The position numbers and the translations under genes are program-made. From assembly GCF_964355755.1 (NCBI RefSeq), contig NC_092670.1:14308795-14372794 (forward strand): a DNA stretch of 64,000 bases, read 5' to 3'. This DNA is from Antedon mediterranea (Eukaryota; Animalia; Echinodermata). Shown piece by piece: positions 47,537 to 60,848 of the stretch. The notes under the pieces are model-generated. The model worked only from the letters and a program-made list of their open reading frames with translations. It did no database searches and had not been told where the DNA came from. Numbering within the stretch: the first letter of the stretch is position 1; each line of letters starts with the position of its first letter.

Positions 47537-50296
47537 TTTTTAGTCGCGTGCAACGCGCATCTATGTCGGTCGGTTGGTAGGTCGGTAAACACTAACTTGT
47601 ATATGACCATATCTTGATATCTGTTTAATCTAGCTAAGTCAATTTTTCACAGTATATTCCTTATTAGTCCATGGGATTTAGCTAAAAAATGACCCTTTTC
47701 TCACACAAATTGCAAGAAAAAGTTTTTTTGATGAAATGTGTTCTTTAGACCCTAATGAACACATTTATCAACGTTAGGACATTTTTCGACAACGGGAAGT
47801 AGCCTAATTTGCATAATTAAAAATGGCCGCCATTTTTAATAACGTGCTCTGTATCTTGGAAACCGCTAGTCACAGATACTTAATTATGGTGTCAAAATCG
47901 TTAGAATATATGTTTTTATATTCACTTTATTGAAAAAGTTTGTCCAAAAATGAATGGAAGTGCTATTTCTAACATTATTGACCTTTGACCTTGATTTATC
48001 ATATCTCAGCAACCACTAATCGGAGATATACAAATTAGGGCTTAAATTGTTCAGAAACTACACATTTATATCCAGTCTAATGGCATGTTTTTGCAAAAAA
48101 TGGCGGATTCTAACATTATTGACCTTTGACCTTGATTTATCATATCTTAGCAACCACTAATCTGAGAGACACACAATATGGCTCTAACTGTTCAGAAACT
48201 ACATATTTATATTTAGTCTAATGGCATGTTTTTGCAAAAAAATGGCCGATTCTAACCTTATTGACATTTGAACTTTGCACTACATAAAATCGCATAACTT
48301 TGAAAATATTGTACATATGAAATTATTTTTAGTGTCAAATTGTTCAGAACATACATGTTTCTATAGAATGGATGATTCGGTGGGAACACGAACGCTAGTT
48401 GATCATACCCAGTACCGTTTTGATCGTACGATTAATCGGGAAACCACATCACGACAATATATGGCCAGGAATCGATGTGGTTATGTTTTCACGGTGCGCA
48501 ATAAGAAATTACGCGGTCTACGCACGATTTCACGAAATCACGTTTGTAATCATATCTTCACAAGCATGAATCACAATAAAATAAAATTTGGTACTGATAA
48601 ATTTCAGGGTATAAATCATCATATGGCAATACAATTACATGCGTAGCGCATGTAACGCATGCGTACGCGCGCATAACATTTTCCAAATTGTCAAAATTTA
48701 TTTTCGATGAAATAAGAGTACGTTTCAGGCAATTTTAAGCGTTTAAAAAATTACTATTAGTGCCCAGATTTTTGCACGCGTACTGCGCGTTAAATGTTAA
48801 TACGCACTCTTTTTGCCCGATTTCTGTTTTCTTGACTTCTATATATAAATTATGGTTAATTCTGACATAGGCGATCAGCACAATGCAAAAACTTCGGTAC
48901 AAATCTCCGCCATGGATACCTACCTTATTTATCGCAGATGTACCGCGAAACGTAGATTTGATAACATTAGTTTTCACATCGACACTATTGTTAGGAAGAT
49001 ATTATAAAGAGTTTTTAACAATATTTATGATTTCAACAGTAGATTTTCAACTCAATTTCAATTCTTCGCGGTCAAAGTAATTTCCGGGTTCACCTTGCAT
49101 CAACCTGGTTACAACTATTTTCTCTCTTTTATACACAAGGGAGCAGTTAAAATAATAGACTTGACCCTAAAGGTGACTGGAAACAGGCACTTTCCAGTAA
49201 TCAATACAGTGTCCCTTTGGAAGAAGGAAGAAAAAAACGATAGTAGGACTGGATAGCCCTTTCAGTTTTTTGTTTATTTTAGGAACGGACCGCGCGTGTG
49301 TGAAGGTACAGTAGTTAAAAAATAAAAATTATACTGCAAATTAATAAAGATCAAATTAAATATACGCCATAAAGAATCGGAATATATTGTGGGAAATAGT
49401 ATTATAAAATTACATAGGGAGATTTGATGATAAGACATTTTGTTTAAAATCGAGTGAAATCCCGATAGTTGATTGAGTAAGCTGGAAGGAATAACTGTAG
49501 GCTACCTGTGTCCCGTTATGACCGAGATATCTGCCCATGTTGCAAACTGTAATGTCTTCTTTCAAAAGATGTTTAAATTAAATAATGTATTAATGATTAT
49601 TAGGATGGTATTTATTTGAATAAACGGCTCTCCAATAAAACATCACTTTGAATAATAATCATAATACTACTTGTAGTAGAATTCATCGCACTGTTATCTA
49701 CAACTTACCAAGCATTTGTTATTCTATTTTACCACTTTTCATATCTATTAGAGGATTTCATTTGATTATAAATGTTACTATATTATTAAAACTAAAAAAA
49801 TTAACATTTATCCCTCGAATAAGCACCTCCCTCAAATGAACTCCGCCTCCCCAAAGTGCCCTACCAAACAATAAACACTAAACTTTAAAATGTTATTTAT
49901 CATCTAAAACACTGTGAAACAGAGTAGTTTAGTTTTACGAATGTCAAGCATTTTCAATAATGGTAACCGACAGAAAACGTACAAGGAGAACATTTTTATC
50001 ATTCCGAGAACCATCGTCTACACTTCCTAGAGGGTGAGCGAGCGAAGAGAGCTCACCCTCTAGTCGAAATTACGTTATACGAGCACGTCAAAAGTGACAG
50101 GCTACGCACGTGTAAATTAAAAAAATATAAATGTTTTTAAAAATTTTCAACATTTTAAAACATGTTCAGCAATTTCGGTCGGTTAGTCGATCGGTTGGTA
50201 GGTTGGTCTGTCGGTTGGTCGGTCGGTCGGCCGGTCGGTTGGTCGGTAAGCACTAACTTTAGCACGCGCCTGCAGTCATCGATATGGCCTTGTTTT
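47537..50296 (+). mobile_element. Composite Helentron-associated (HINE/DINE-like) element with ~140-bp internal tandem repeats
   Basis: Starts tttttagtcgcgtg, (GTCG/GTTG)n microsatellites at 47565 and 50177-50245, repeats of ctaacattattgacctttgaccttga at about 47969, 48110 and 48252, ends ggccttgtttt; related fragment at 55250-55520. Confidence 0.5.
48838..50063 (+). mobile_element. Non-autonomous Helitron, copy 2 (complete ends)
   Basis: 5' TCTATATATA; 3' hairpin agagggtgagc...gctcaccctct ending CTAG|T; no TSD. Confidence 0.75.
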
Positions 50297-50925
50297 AGTT
50301 CCATTTCTAAATTGTTTATTCACTATTCACCAGCCTTTGTTTTTATTTCTTTTATTCCAGTCCAGTCATCGCTTGTCTGCTTAATACTCTTTACTTTGTC
50401 CAAGTACTCTCACTTGACTAAGGAAGGGCTAGTGTTGCTCGAAGCTCTGCTAATTTATGACTGTTTCACTTTATCGTTTTGATTTAGCATTTCTTATTTT
50501 ATTTTGTATCTTCATTGAGATCCAAAGTATTGTCATTTTTTGAGTAATGTGCCTTTGGATTTATATATTAATATATATTTTTAAACTTTTCTGTTCCGTG
50601 TTCTGAATTAAAGCAAGTTACAATTGTGATTTTGATATTCAATAGAAATCAATCAATAGGTATAACGTCCATAAGGTATACTATAGAAATAAATGAATAC
50701 ACTGAACACAATGTTTCATTATGTTTTACCCCCTAGTGAATTTGAATTGGGAATATAAAAATCTAAAGGCTCACTACCCAATTACTATTATAAAATTGAA
50801 GTAATGTACACAGTCATTGCCTCATTTAAATTTAAGTCTACTGTATAAGTTGAAAATACTTAGTGGTACTGGTATTTTAGTTCTGGGTTTTTAATGGAAC
50901 TAGCGTATCCTTCTGTTAGCCAAAA

Positions 50926-50995
50926 ATGTTACAACTTACGTTAGCAAGACTGTTCATTACCTTTTTTGGGCTTTTTACTCTTGGCAATGCTCAAA
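50926..50995 (+). CDS. Gene 2 first coding exon: signal peptide
   Basis: aaaaATG MLQLTLARLFITFFGLFTLGNAQ A|gtaagt; phase 1 fits the next HYR exon. Confidence 0.75.
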
Positions 50996-53906
50996 GTAAG
51001 TATTTGTTTAATTCTTAATTTAAATCATATATTTTCATCCTATATAATCTCTAAGCTTGCCTAACGCAATTGGGAAATATATTTAAATTCGTTGCATACT
51101 TCCTTATCGACAGTACATGCCTTACAAAATAAATGAATATTGCTATTTGAATATGATACCTTTTTTTACCTCGCACTAACCGATCTACCCCTTTTCCAGA
51201 GATTTAATTACAATTAAGACGTATGTCTCAATATGTCTTTACTAATAGCTATTAAATGGCCCGCTCTCACTGTGTACGTCTAAATATGTAAACTAAAATA
51301 CACAGTTATAGATTTTATATCCATTCAATTTAACAGAATTTACTTCATGTATTCTTTTTTCAACACTAACTCTGTTTTATTTAGGCTTTTGCGTTTTCGT
51401 TCGCAATTACCGCTGGGCGTCTGCTCGCATTTGGAATCCGAACAACCATTTCTTACTCTCTCTCACCCCGACAGATGTTTTTCTTCTCTAAATTCAATCC
51501 CCCGAGTTTAACTTAGTCACTTTTAATCATCGTCATCTAAGAAGAAATTTTACTTTCCAGAATTTCTTTTAGCAGTCTAAAATGGTTTCATTAGTAGACA
51601 AAAACATATTTCTAAGACAAAACAATATTCTAAAATATTTTATTTTTTAAGGAAACAGACCAACGTAAAATAAATTCTGATTCACTCGAGCTTGAATAAG
51701 ACTGGTACTTTTCTGTTTATTTCATTATCCGTTCTTCTTGATCATAAAGTATAATTATGATGTGGATTACTTTAATCGAGTCTGATTGATGATATTAGCT
51801 TTGACAACCTTAGAGTTTGACAAAAATTAACTACAATGAGCTTATGTAGCGAAATCTGGGTATCTTAAAAATAGAGTTTAGCGGAATATCAAATCAATTA
51901 AAACTTGCTGAGAGATCAGTTTTTTTCTTTTAACTACAATTGCGCCTGACCTGGAAAATAATTAAAGGAACAATACGATAATTCAGATAGAGACCAGTTG
52001 TTTTTTTTCTTGCACCTAGAAGAACTTATTTAAAGTGCTTGCATTGCTTTTCTTCTTTTCTGTCTAAGTAACCATAATTATTGTTTGCTTTATCTGGAGT
52101 TTCAGACTTAAAGTTATTATGGCTTATTGAAATCTTCACGCACAATCAAATGCAATATTATTTAATATTTATCATTACAAATTTATATAAAATATGAAGT
52201 AAACTAAACTGACACTAAACTTTATTTTGTAAATAAAAACAGACTTGCTTTACCATTATTAATATTTGTCGCATAGGATTGGCTTTAGACAGAACAAAAT
52301 TAATTTAGTTGCGCAATTATGTGTCATTAAGCTTGAAATTAAATAAAATAGGTAAATGTTAACACTTATTTGTGAGCAGCAATTTACGACTTCACGGACC
52401 ATTATTAAGCTAGAATCTCCAGATTCCCTGAAGTGACAGAGCATGGAGGTATTATACTTCCATGTGACAGAAGTCACAAAAAAAAAAAAAATTCACGTGC
52501 ACTTTGTAATAAGTCTACCTAGTGACGTATTTGGACTTTCCGATAATAATTTATTAAAATGATTTTATAAAAGTGTGGCAAATTATTTCAAAATGTAATA
52601 TAATATTTGTGTTACTTTCATAAAATGCCATAGGCCTATATTAAATTATAAAATGATGTGTTTTCACTAAATTCCACACGTACCAGTCACCTTTCTAGTA
52701 ATGCGTGTGTAACAATCATTATGGTCAAGTGCTACAGGCTCACAAAACCTCTGGTATTTTTATCTTTGAGAAAAATATGAATTATCGGCACAACATTGTT
52801 GATGTTCAAATAAGATTGAAAAAGCAGAGTTTCACTTCAAGCAATATTGATTGAAGCTGTTTTTTTCTTTTATAGAGTAAGGAGTTTGTGAATAATACAA
52901 ACATATTTTACTCTACTTTAGCCTACGTGTCGATCGGTGTACACAAACATTCACAATCACTGTATTATGTTTGGCCTAAATTGCGAGTATTGTCAATAGT
53001 GAAATCGGATCGTTTGTATTCATAATTGTTTAAACAGTAACACAAATAAATGTTTATAAATTATATATAGGCCTATATAAGACTATCAGTAATATACACT
53101 TTATTTCGCAATTTTTATGCATACATTATATATATATATATATACAGGAAGTATAAAAAATATAAATACATTTCTAAAAATGTAATACCAGAATACAGTA
53201 CCTATATCTTATCTAACTTTGAATTGCTTTTGGATTGGGGCACAAGATGGTTACGATTGAGTGATAATGATAATTAAATATAGGCCTATATGTACGTAAG
53301 GGTAAACTTCAGAAAATGGTGCGTAACAGCTAAAATCCTAATTACTTGGTGGTGTATAACATTGGTAGGCCTACATACTTTCGATACTGATTTTTACTAA
53401 CTAATAAAACCCTGTTTACTAATTAGGTTTACTTATATAATTAGTTATTGAAATAGAAATTAGGTAAACAATTTTCCTCGAATAGGTGGGTTATCCAAAC
53501 GTGATACACGCTGTCTAATGACTGTAGATGTTGAAAATGACCGCATACAATAATACTTCCCATTTTCATCTCCGTTTACAATAAAAGTGTTTAAAATTGC
53601 TGAAACCTGGTTAAATAGCTCGATTATAACACCATAAAGTTGAATACTTTTTTAATAGCTAGCATATACGTACGTTTATTCATGTAGGCCTATAGCTTAA
53701 CGACGACGAATTAACAAGTTTAATCTCCCTTCAAAGGGTCAATTCCTTCAGCATACCTCCGCAATAAAACCAGTTACTGTACTCGCATTGCAGTATTCAT
53801 GAACCCATTTAGTATAGGCACTTAGAGGATCACTTTAGTCATATGTATCTATGGTCTTAGTAATGTGTTTTTATTTACGGTAATTTTAATGTTTCCTCTC
53901 TTTCAG

Positions 53907-54158
53907 TCACGTTTGATAATTGTCCAGGAGATGAGACAATAAATAACACTGGTGCATTTCCCTATGCATACACCATCCCAGTGATTACAGCAACCGTGAA
54001 TTCAAGCGGGATAGCTGCAGACGTTAAGGTGACATCAACACCATCGTATTTTCCAGGGATTGACATAAATTTTGGAGTAGGATACGTTCTTAATCTTGAA
54101 TACACAGCATCAGCCAATAATGAAACAGATGTGTGTGAGTTTTCTGTCACATTTTTAG
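53907..54158 (+). CDS. Gene 2 divergent HYR exon
   Basis: tttcag|ITFDNCPGDET...CEFSVTFL G|gtaag, 252 nt. Confidence 0.8.
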
Positions 54159-54371
54159 GTAAGTATAAGCCTTAAAACAATATTATTTTTCCATTATGTA
54201 TTAGTAGTATTCGCGCTCATCATCTTACAGTATTCTATTGGTTTTTTTTTTGTGTGTGAGTTTTCTGTCACATTTTTAGGTAAGTATAAGCCTTAAAACA
54301 ATATTATTTTTCCATTATGTATTAGTAGTATTCGCGCTCATCATCTTACAGTATTCTATTGTTTTTTTTTT
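54130..54371 (+). repeat. 121-bp tandem duplication covering the exon end and splice donor
   Basis: tgtgtgtgagttttctgtcacatttttaggtaagt... at 54130 and 54251. Confidence 0.9.
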
Positions 54372-55538
54372 GTCTTTTTCACTTTTATTTCATTTTTCTA
54401 TACACATTATTAAAATATATACAGGCTCTCTATATAAACATCACAGGCAAAGACTATTCTCTGTATTCTAAGTATTATTGTAGGCCTGTGCATGGGTATG
54501 ACACTTTTTAATGTTGTTTGATTCACTTTGTGGGTATTTCTACCACTGACGTACAACATAACACTATTTTTTGAAAAAGAAAAATTTTAAACGCATTGTA
54601 ATTTGTATTTGGCTTTGAAAATCAACTGTTATTTCAAATATCCCTCATACTTCATATTTTTTTTAAAGTTTTTGTCAAGGAGTACAATTTCTTTGAAAAT
54701 CACGCCTTTATGCGTTTTGGGGATATAGGCTACCTTGTAATTTCCTATTCTTTTACATGAAAAAGTGGGGTATATTTAAATAATCCTAAAATGTCTTCAC
54801 TAAAAAAAAATTACAATGTTTTTTATGTAATGTTTTCAGATTTTTCAATTTCTGGTATTTTTTTTATCGCGTATACAATTGCGCAATTTTGAGTAAATAT
54901 ACACTTCGCCCGTTAGGTAGTCTGGGCTCCAGACGGAGTTTTTTCTTAATATTAGTAAAAATATAAATATTTTTGCACATATGGCGTTTCATACGTGTAT
55001 TACTTGAGTTTGGATACTCAAAAAAACGCGGTCGAAATAAAAACAAATAAATTAAAAAAAAAACAATACAGACTTGGGGCAAGTCTACCCGTTATATTAG
55101 ACAGGTTCCATTTCTCAAAAAACGGCCTGAAAACGAATCAAGAAGCATTTTTGGGTAGAAGCTGGGATCCACTTGATTTAGGATATTTCGACCTCGCGCT
55201 GATTACGAATATGGCGGATCCCAAGTGAAATTCGGCCATCTAAGCCCTTAATTTGCATAATTAAAAATGGCGGCCATTTTTTATAATTACCCTATATCTC
55301 GAGAACCACTAGTCACAGATAATTAATTTTGGTGTCAAAATGTTTTAAATATATGTTTTTATATTCACTTTAATGACACATTTTCTCAAAAAATGGATGC
55401 AAGTCTTATTTCTGACATTTTGACCTTTGACCTTGATTTATCGTATCTCAGTAACCAATAATCGGAGAGACACGAAATAGGGCTCAAATTGTTCAGAAAC
55501 TATACATTCATATTTATTATAATGAAATGTTTTTACAC

Positions 55539-57190
55539 GTGTGACGTGTGTGTGTTCTGTTATGACACAATCCGTATTCCGAGTACTATAAAGTCAGCAA
55601 AATTAAACAATAAACATTACACAAAAATGCATTTTTTATTCTCGTGGGTCTAATCTTCCCATCTCATGTGTTCATATACGCGCATTTTTAAAGTTCCTTT
55701 GAGTACATGCATATTGTTTGATAATAAAATAGCAGAATTTAAAAAATACAGTACACAAATTATACACATTCTTTATTCTTGTGGGTCTAAGCTTTCTTTG
55801 GGCTATGTCCAATGAATTACTACAGTACTTAGTTTAATGACGCCGGCCGGCGTGCGATTTTTTTTTTCGTACATAAGTTGGGGACCCCATCATGAAACGT
55901 CACAAAATAAACATGAATAATTCATCAGTTAAATTTGTTGTTCCGTGTGCACCCAAGCGTATAGCAACAAGAAGTGATTACACCAAAGAACTTATAACAC
56001 AAGAATCTCCTGTTCGTCCGAAGCGCGTAACAATTTCGAAAGGCATTGTGGGATAGAATAGAGCTATGGGTGGCGCCATTGTGAGCCATGGAGTAGGGCG
56101 CCCGCATCAAATTAGAAAGTCAAAATCATAGAGGGGATCTGCTAATGCTCTAGGGGGGATAGAGTAATTGACTGAGGAGTAGGGCGCCCGCATCAAATTA
56201 GAAAGTCAAAATCATAGAGGGGATCTGCTAATACTCTAGGGGGTAGAGTAATTGACTTCCTAGTTTGGAGGGGGCGCTGCTCCATGCTGTGAAATGGCGT
56301 CGCCCAGTTTGACCTTTTAACCCTGTACTTCCGATACTGTGTTTTGAATGCAAATTGAACAGGAGATTCTTGTGTTATAAGTTCTTTGATTACACGCACA
56401 ACTAAACTGCGATACGATTCTTTCTACAGTTAGGCCTAGGATTCTAGGTCAATTCACGTGATTGCCTTCGCGCACTCTTCTTAATCTTCACACACACACA
56501 CCAAATGCAAAATGTGTCGAGGCTAATCGACAGCTAGCCAAGATATTAAACTAAGTACTGTAGTTAATTGGACATAGCCCAAAGAAAGCTTAGACCCACA
56601 AGACTAAAAAATGTATATAATTTGTGTACTGTAATTTTTTATCAAACAATATACATGTACTCAAAGGAACTTTAAAAATGCGCGTATATGAACACATGAG
56701 ATGGGAAGATTAGACTCACGAGAATAAAAAATGTATTTTTGTGTAATGTTTATTGTTTAATTTTGCTGACTTATTACTCGGACTGTGTCATACCTAACAC
56801 ACACACGTCACACACACCACACAGCTACTACTAGAATAGAAATGGGTTTAGAGACTAATAATTAGGCCTAATAGTATTAATAGAAACTATAATTTTAACA
56901 CGTAATTCTTTAGTAATAAATTATATTAAAAACACCATAAACCAAAGGCTGATTATTTCGACAATCCACACAAAACGACGCTATTCTTCTATGAAATCGC
57001 ACGCCACAACCACAGCGGAGATAGGCCTAGAATCGTATCGCAGTTGTATTGTGTAATCACTTCTTGTTGCTATACGCTTGGGTGCACACAGAAGAAGAAA
57101 ATTTAACTGATGAATTATTCATGTGTATTTTGTGACGTTTCATGAAGGGGTCCCCAACTTATGTACGAAAAAAAAAATTGCGGCCGGCGT
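55539..57190. repeat. Two interleaved inverted-repeat pairs
   Basis: 55539-55838 is the reverse complement of about 56545-56812; 55840-55983 plus 56389-56440 is the reverse complement of about 57020-57190. Confidence 0.85.
55984..56388. mobile_element. MITE with ~32-bp TIR and 7-bp TSD (P-superfamily-like, CA...TG ends)
   Basis: TIR caaagaacttataacacaagaatctcctgttc; TSD attacac at 55977-55983 and 56389-56395; empty site in the inverted copy near 57050; internal ~86-bp direct repeat. Confidence 0.8.
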
Positions 57191-57319
57191 AGGATACATT
57201 ACAACAACGCGTTTACCGGCGACTAAAACGCGTCAATCGTACGTATTGTAAACTAATAACCCCTAAGTTACTGAAAAAGTGGAATGTATTAAAAAACTCT
57301 ATTCTGACGTGACCCATAC

Positions 57320-59420
57320 ATTTTTTACCTCCGCCTCCGCCAAGAAGGTATATGTAATCGATCGCGTGTGTTTGTTTGTTTGATACTAAGTATAGTATTT
57401 ACTTTGTTACTTGGCAAAAAAATGGCAAAAAAGAATGTTGCCAAGCATAGTATTTACTTTGTTACTTGGCAAAAAGAATTTTGCCAAGTATAGTATTCAC
57501 TTTGTTTGTATGTATGTTTGTATGTTTGTTTGTTTGTTAGCACGATAGCGCCTACAGTTTTCAAGTTATCGTTCTGAATTTTTGGGTGTAGATAGGTATA
57601 TATTGTCAGACCATGCCTATTGAAAATCAACAAAATTGGTTTATTAATAACTTCACAAATAACAAAAATGATATTATTTTCAGACCGGCTAGTGTTAAAA
57701 GATAGGAGACAATTTTCAAAAGCCGGCGAGCAGTCTTAAAGTAACAAGTGTACTGAAATTGCATTTTCTCGAGAACTACTTGTCCAAAAAAACATCATTT
57801 TTGTACAAGAGGCAAGAGTTATAAATTGTGATTTTTAATTTTAAAACAAAAATTGATTCAGTGTACCAGCTTTTTTATACGAGTAGTTTAAAAAAAACCT
57901 ATTTCTTTTCAAATTCACCCGTTTGTTTTTGGCGTTGCTGTTCTATTGTTATTCAAATTAAACTATTGTAAGTTGATAAGTAGTTTTGTTAGCACCAGCG
58001 TGTGTCCTTCCTTATTTCATCAGGTATATACTTACAGAACATGCCTATTGATTTTCAGGTAAATTGATATATTACTACATGGGTTAAGGCAGAGGCGCCG
58101 CAAATCGGTACAGCTTCAAGACACTCCTCGACCATTATTCTGGTCAAACTTGATTTTAGAAAGGTCATTGTTGCAATGCCGGAATTGTTTGCATTAAAAA
58201 TTATTTAAACAAATTATTAACCTTATCAGTATTTTAACCATGTAAAGATAATACCTAAAGCAAAAATTGTATCTTTCAACATGCTCCCAGTCAGTGGATA
58301 TATTTTGCCAAGTACTTCACTCAGTTTCTGAGTGCTTTCATTTGTGTGTTTGTTTGTTTGTTTGTTAGCACGATAGCGCCTACAGTTTTCAAGTTATCGT
58401 TCTGAATTTTTGGGTGTAGATAGGTATATACTTTCAGACCATGCCTATTGAAAATCAACAAAATTGGTGTATTAATAACTTCACAAATAATAAAAATGAT
58501 ATTATTTTCAGACCGGCTAGTGTTAAAAGATAGGAGACAATTTTTAAAAGCCGGCGAGCAGTCTTAAAGTAAGAAGTGTACTGAAATTGCATTTTCTCGA
58601 GAACTACTAGTCCAAAAAAACATAATTTTTGTACAAGAGGCAAGAGTTGTAAATTGTGATTTGTAATTTTCAAAACATAATTTGATTTAATGTACAGGTT
58701 TTTTGATACGTGTAGATTTAAAAAACCTATTTCTTTTCAAATTCACCCGTTTGCTTTTCGCGTTGCTGTTCTATTGTTATTCAAATTAATCTATTGTTAG
58801 TTTTTTTAGTACCAGTGTGTGTCCTTCCTTATTTCATTCTGTACATAGGTATATACTTACAGAACATGCCTATTGATTTTCAGGGAAATTGATATATTGG
58901 TCATGTCACAAAAGCTTATCTTCCGTACGATAAATTAAATAGCACGCATTCTGTCTTCTTTTAACATGGACATATTCTTTGATATGGACCAAAATATTAG
59001 TTGACTGGTCAAGCGGTTAAGCTTACTCGATGGGTTCAGGCAGAGGCCCCGCAAATGGCACAGCTACAAGACACTCCTCGACTCCTCGTCAATCTTGATT
59101 TTAGAAAGGTCATTGTTGCAATGACGGAGTTTGTTTGCATTAAACATTATTTAAACAAATTATATAAACCCCAGCAGGATTTGAACCATGTAAAGCTAAA
59201 ACCTAAAGCAAAAAAATGTATCATTTAACATGATCCCTATCAGTGGATACATTTTGCCAAGTACTTCACTCAGTTTCTGAGTGCTTTCATTTGTTTGTTA
59301 GCAGGATTACTCAAAAAGTAATTACAAGATCTTTCCCAAAATGAAAATACAGATTGATATGTGGTCAAGGACCACTCCATTAAATTTTTAAGGCAATCCG
59401 GACCACGGTCCCATGCTTTT
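57320..59420 (+). mobile_element. Helentron-associated elements: head-to-tail dimer nested in a related element
   Basis: SubTIR tacttggcaaaa / ttttgccaagta, (GTTT)n microsatellite, 3' palindrome cactcagtttctgagtg at 58318 and 59267; units about 57510-58340 and 58341-59292. Confidence 0.65.
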
Positions 59421-60001
59421 TAGTTTAGAAATTTGTTTTTGGACAATTTTGCCGTATTTTCCAGGTTTTTTTTATGTAATCGCTTTCAATTAAACATACT
59501 ATAAACATAACATAAGCTGAGAAAGTCTGAGTGGAGCTGCACTTTAATACATTAAGTGGAGGAAGAAGATGAGAGGAAAGTTAACAAAAACATTACTAAA
59601 CCAATCTAACATTTGAGACGAAACAAAGTAATAAAAAGGAAAATGGAGAGTATAGAGATAATGTAGCCTTGAAATACTAACAATTAACATTGTAAATATT
59701 TGTCAACATTTGTAAGACAAGATGCCAGGCTCTAATCATTATTTAATTCAAGTCATGAAAGGTCAAAAATCGGAATTGCAAATCATTCACCAATAATTTT
59801 GTGATTTCATAATACAACTAACTACCTAGCTGGACACAGTTTAACAGTCTAATTTTTGCATTGGACATTCAAATTCATTTTTGTTGCGATTTCCATCTAT
59901 CACAAGACAATAGCACAAGTAAAATTTAGAAATGTTATATATACGGAGCTCTTGTTTCAGAATTTTATTATAACAGAATGATCTGATGTTCTTATTTTAA
60001 G

Positions 60002-60259
60002 ATACCGGTGATCCCTACTACCCTGATTGTCCAACTAAACCATTGGTGTTTAATACAAATGACTCTGACATGGCTGAGGCAACGTGGAATGAAACAACGC
60101 CAAATGATGCATCCGCTGGTATGATATCCGAGTCAATGCTGACTAAACCAGCTGAGACATCACCGGCTAACTTCCCCATAGGAGAGACTAATCTTACATA
60201 CACTGCAACTGATGGCAGTGGTAACACTGGAACTTGTATTATAACTATTAGAGTAATTG
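60002..60259 (+). CDS. Gene 2 HYR exon
   Basis: DTGDPYYPDCPTK...CIITIRVI, 258 nt, phase 1-1. Confidence 0.88.
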
Positions 60260-60848
60260 GTAAGTAAATCGTTCGGGTAGTATCTAAAGGGTAGCTTCGG
60301 GTATAGTGTATATATTTATTAAAAAATGAAATTATTTGCCAACAACATTTTAATAACACTAGTTAGAATGAGCATCGTGAAATAAGCCCCTTTCTTAAGG
60401 TGGTGCTTCAGAACTTTTGCAAAAGATACAGCATGAAATTGGTGCTTTCAAAAGAACATTCCTAACATGAATAATAGGTATCAGGTGGCCTGAGAAAATA
60501 AAAATAAGATGAGAATTTTTTGGGAAACATTTGAATATGCTACTAGTTGCAGAGAACAACTCTGAATTTCTCAAATCTTTTTCAGTATGGCTGGTACAAC
60601 CTCAAAAATGTAATATTTAAAAGAAAAAAGTAAAAGTATTTAAAACTTAGAGTCAAAGGTCAAAACATTCTTCTGACTGGGTTCATGTTCTATCGAACAT
60701 AGTATCTCTAGTTCTTTCTTCATATCTGAAAAGTCTTAAATATGCTACTCCGATTTCCTCCAAACTCGGTCAGTATTCAACACCCCATTTATGTGCTACA
60801 AAAGATATAAATTTAATATCATTTTTTTTATACATTCTATCCGTTTAG

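Noticed and set aside
42082-49839. Duplicated ORFs MQKLRYKSPPW..., MKTNVIK... and MNNNH... as a novel gene family
   Set aside because: They lie within the two Helitron copies, and indels between copies break frames without regard to codons.
50162-50482. 106-aa ORF with VGWS repeats
   Set aside because: Translation of a (GTCG/GTTG)n microsatellite plus TE remnant.
50789-50795. TATA box for gene 2
   Set aside because: TATAAAA is expected by chance in such AT-rich DNA and no TSS evidence is available.
987-60359. Minus-strand ORFs overlapping HYR, EGF and SEA exons (e.g. 987, 19027, 28729, 30552, 31569, 40649, 60018)
   Set aside because: Antisense shadows of + strand exons with no independent domain signal.
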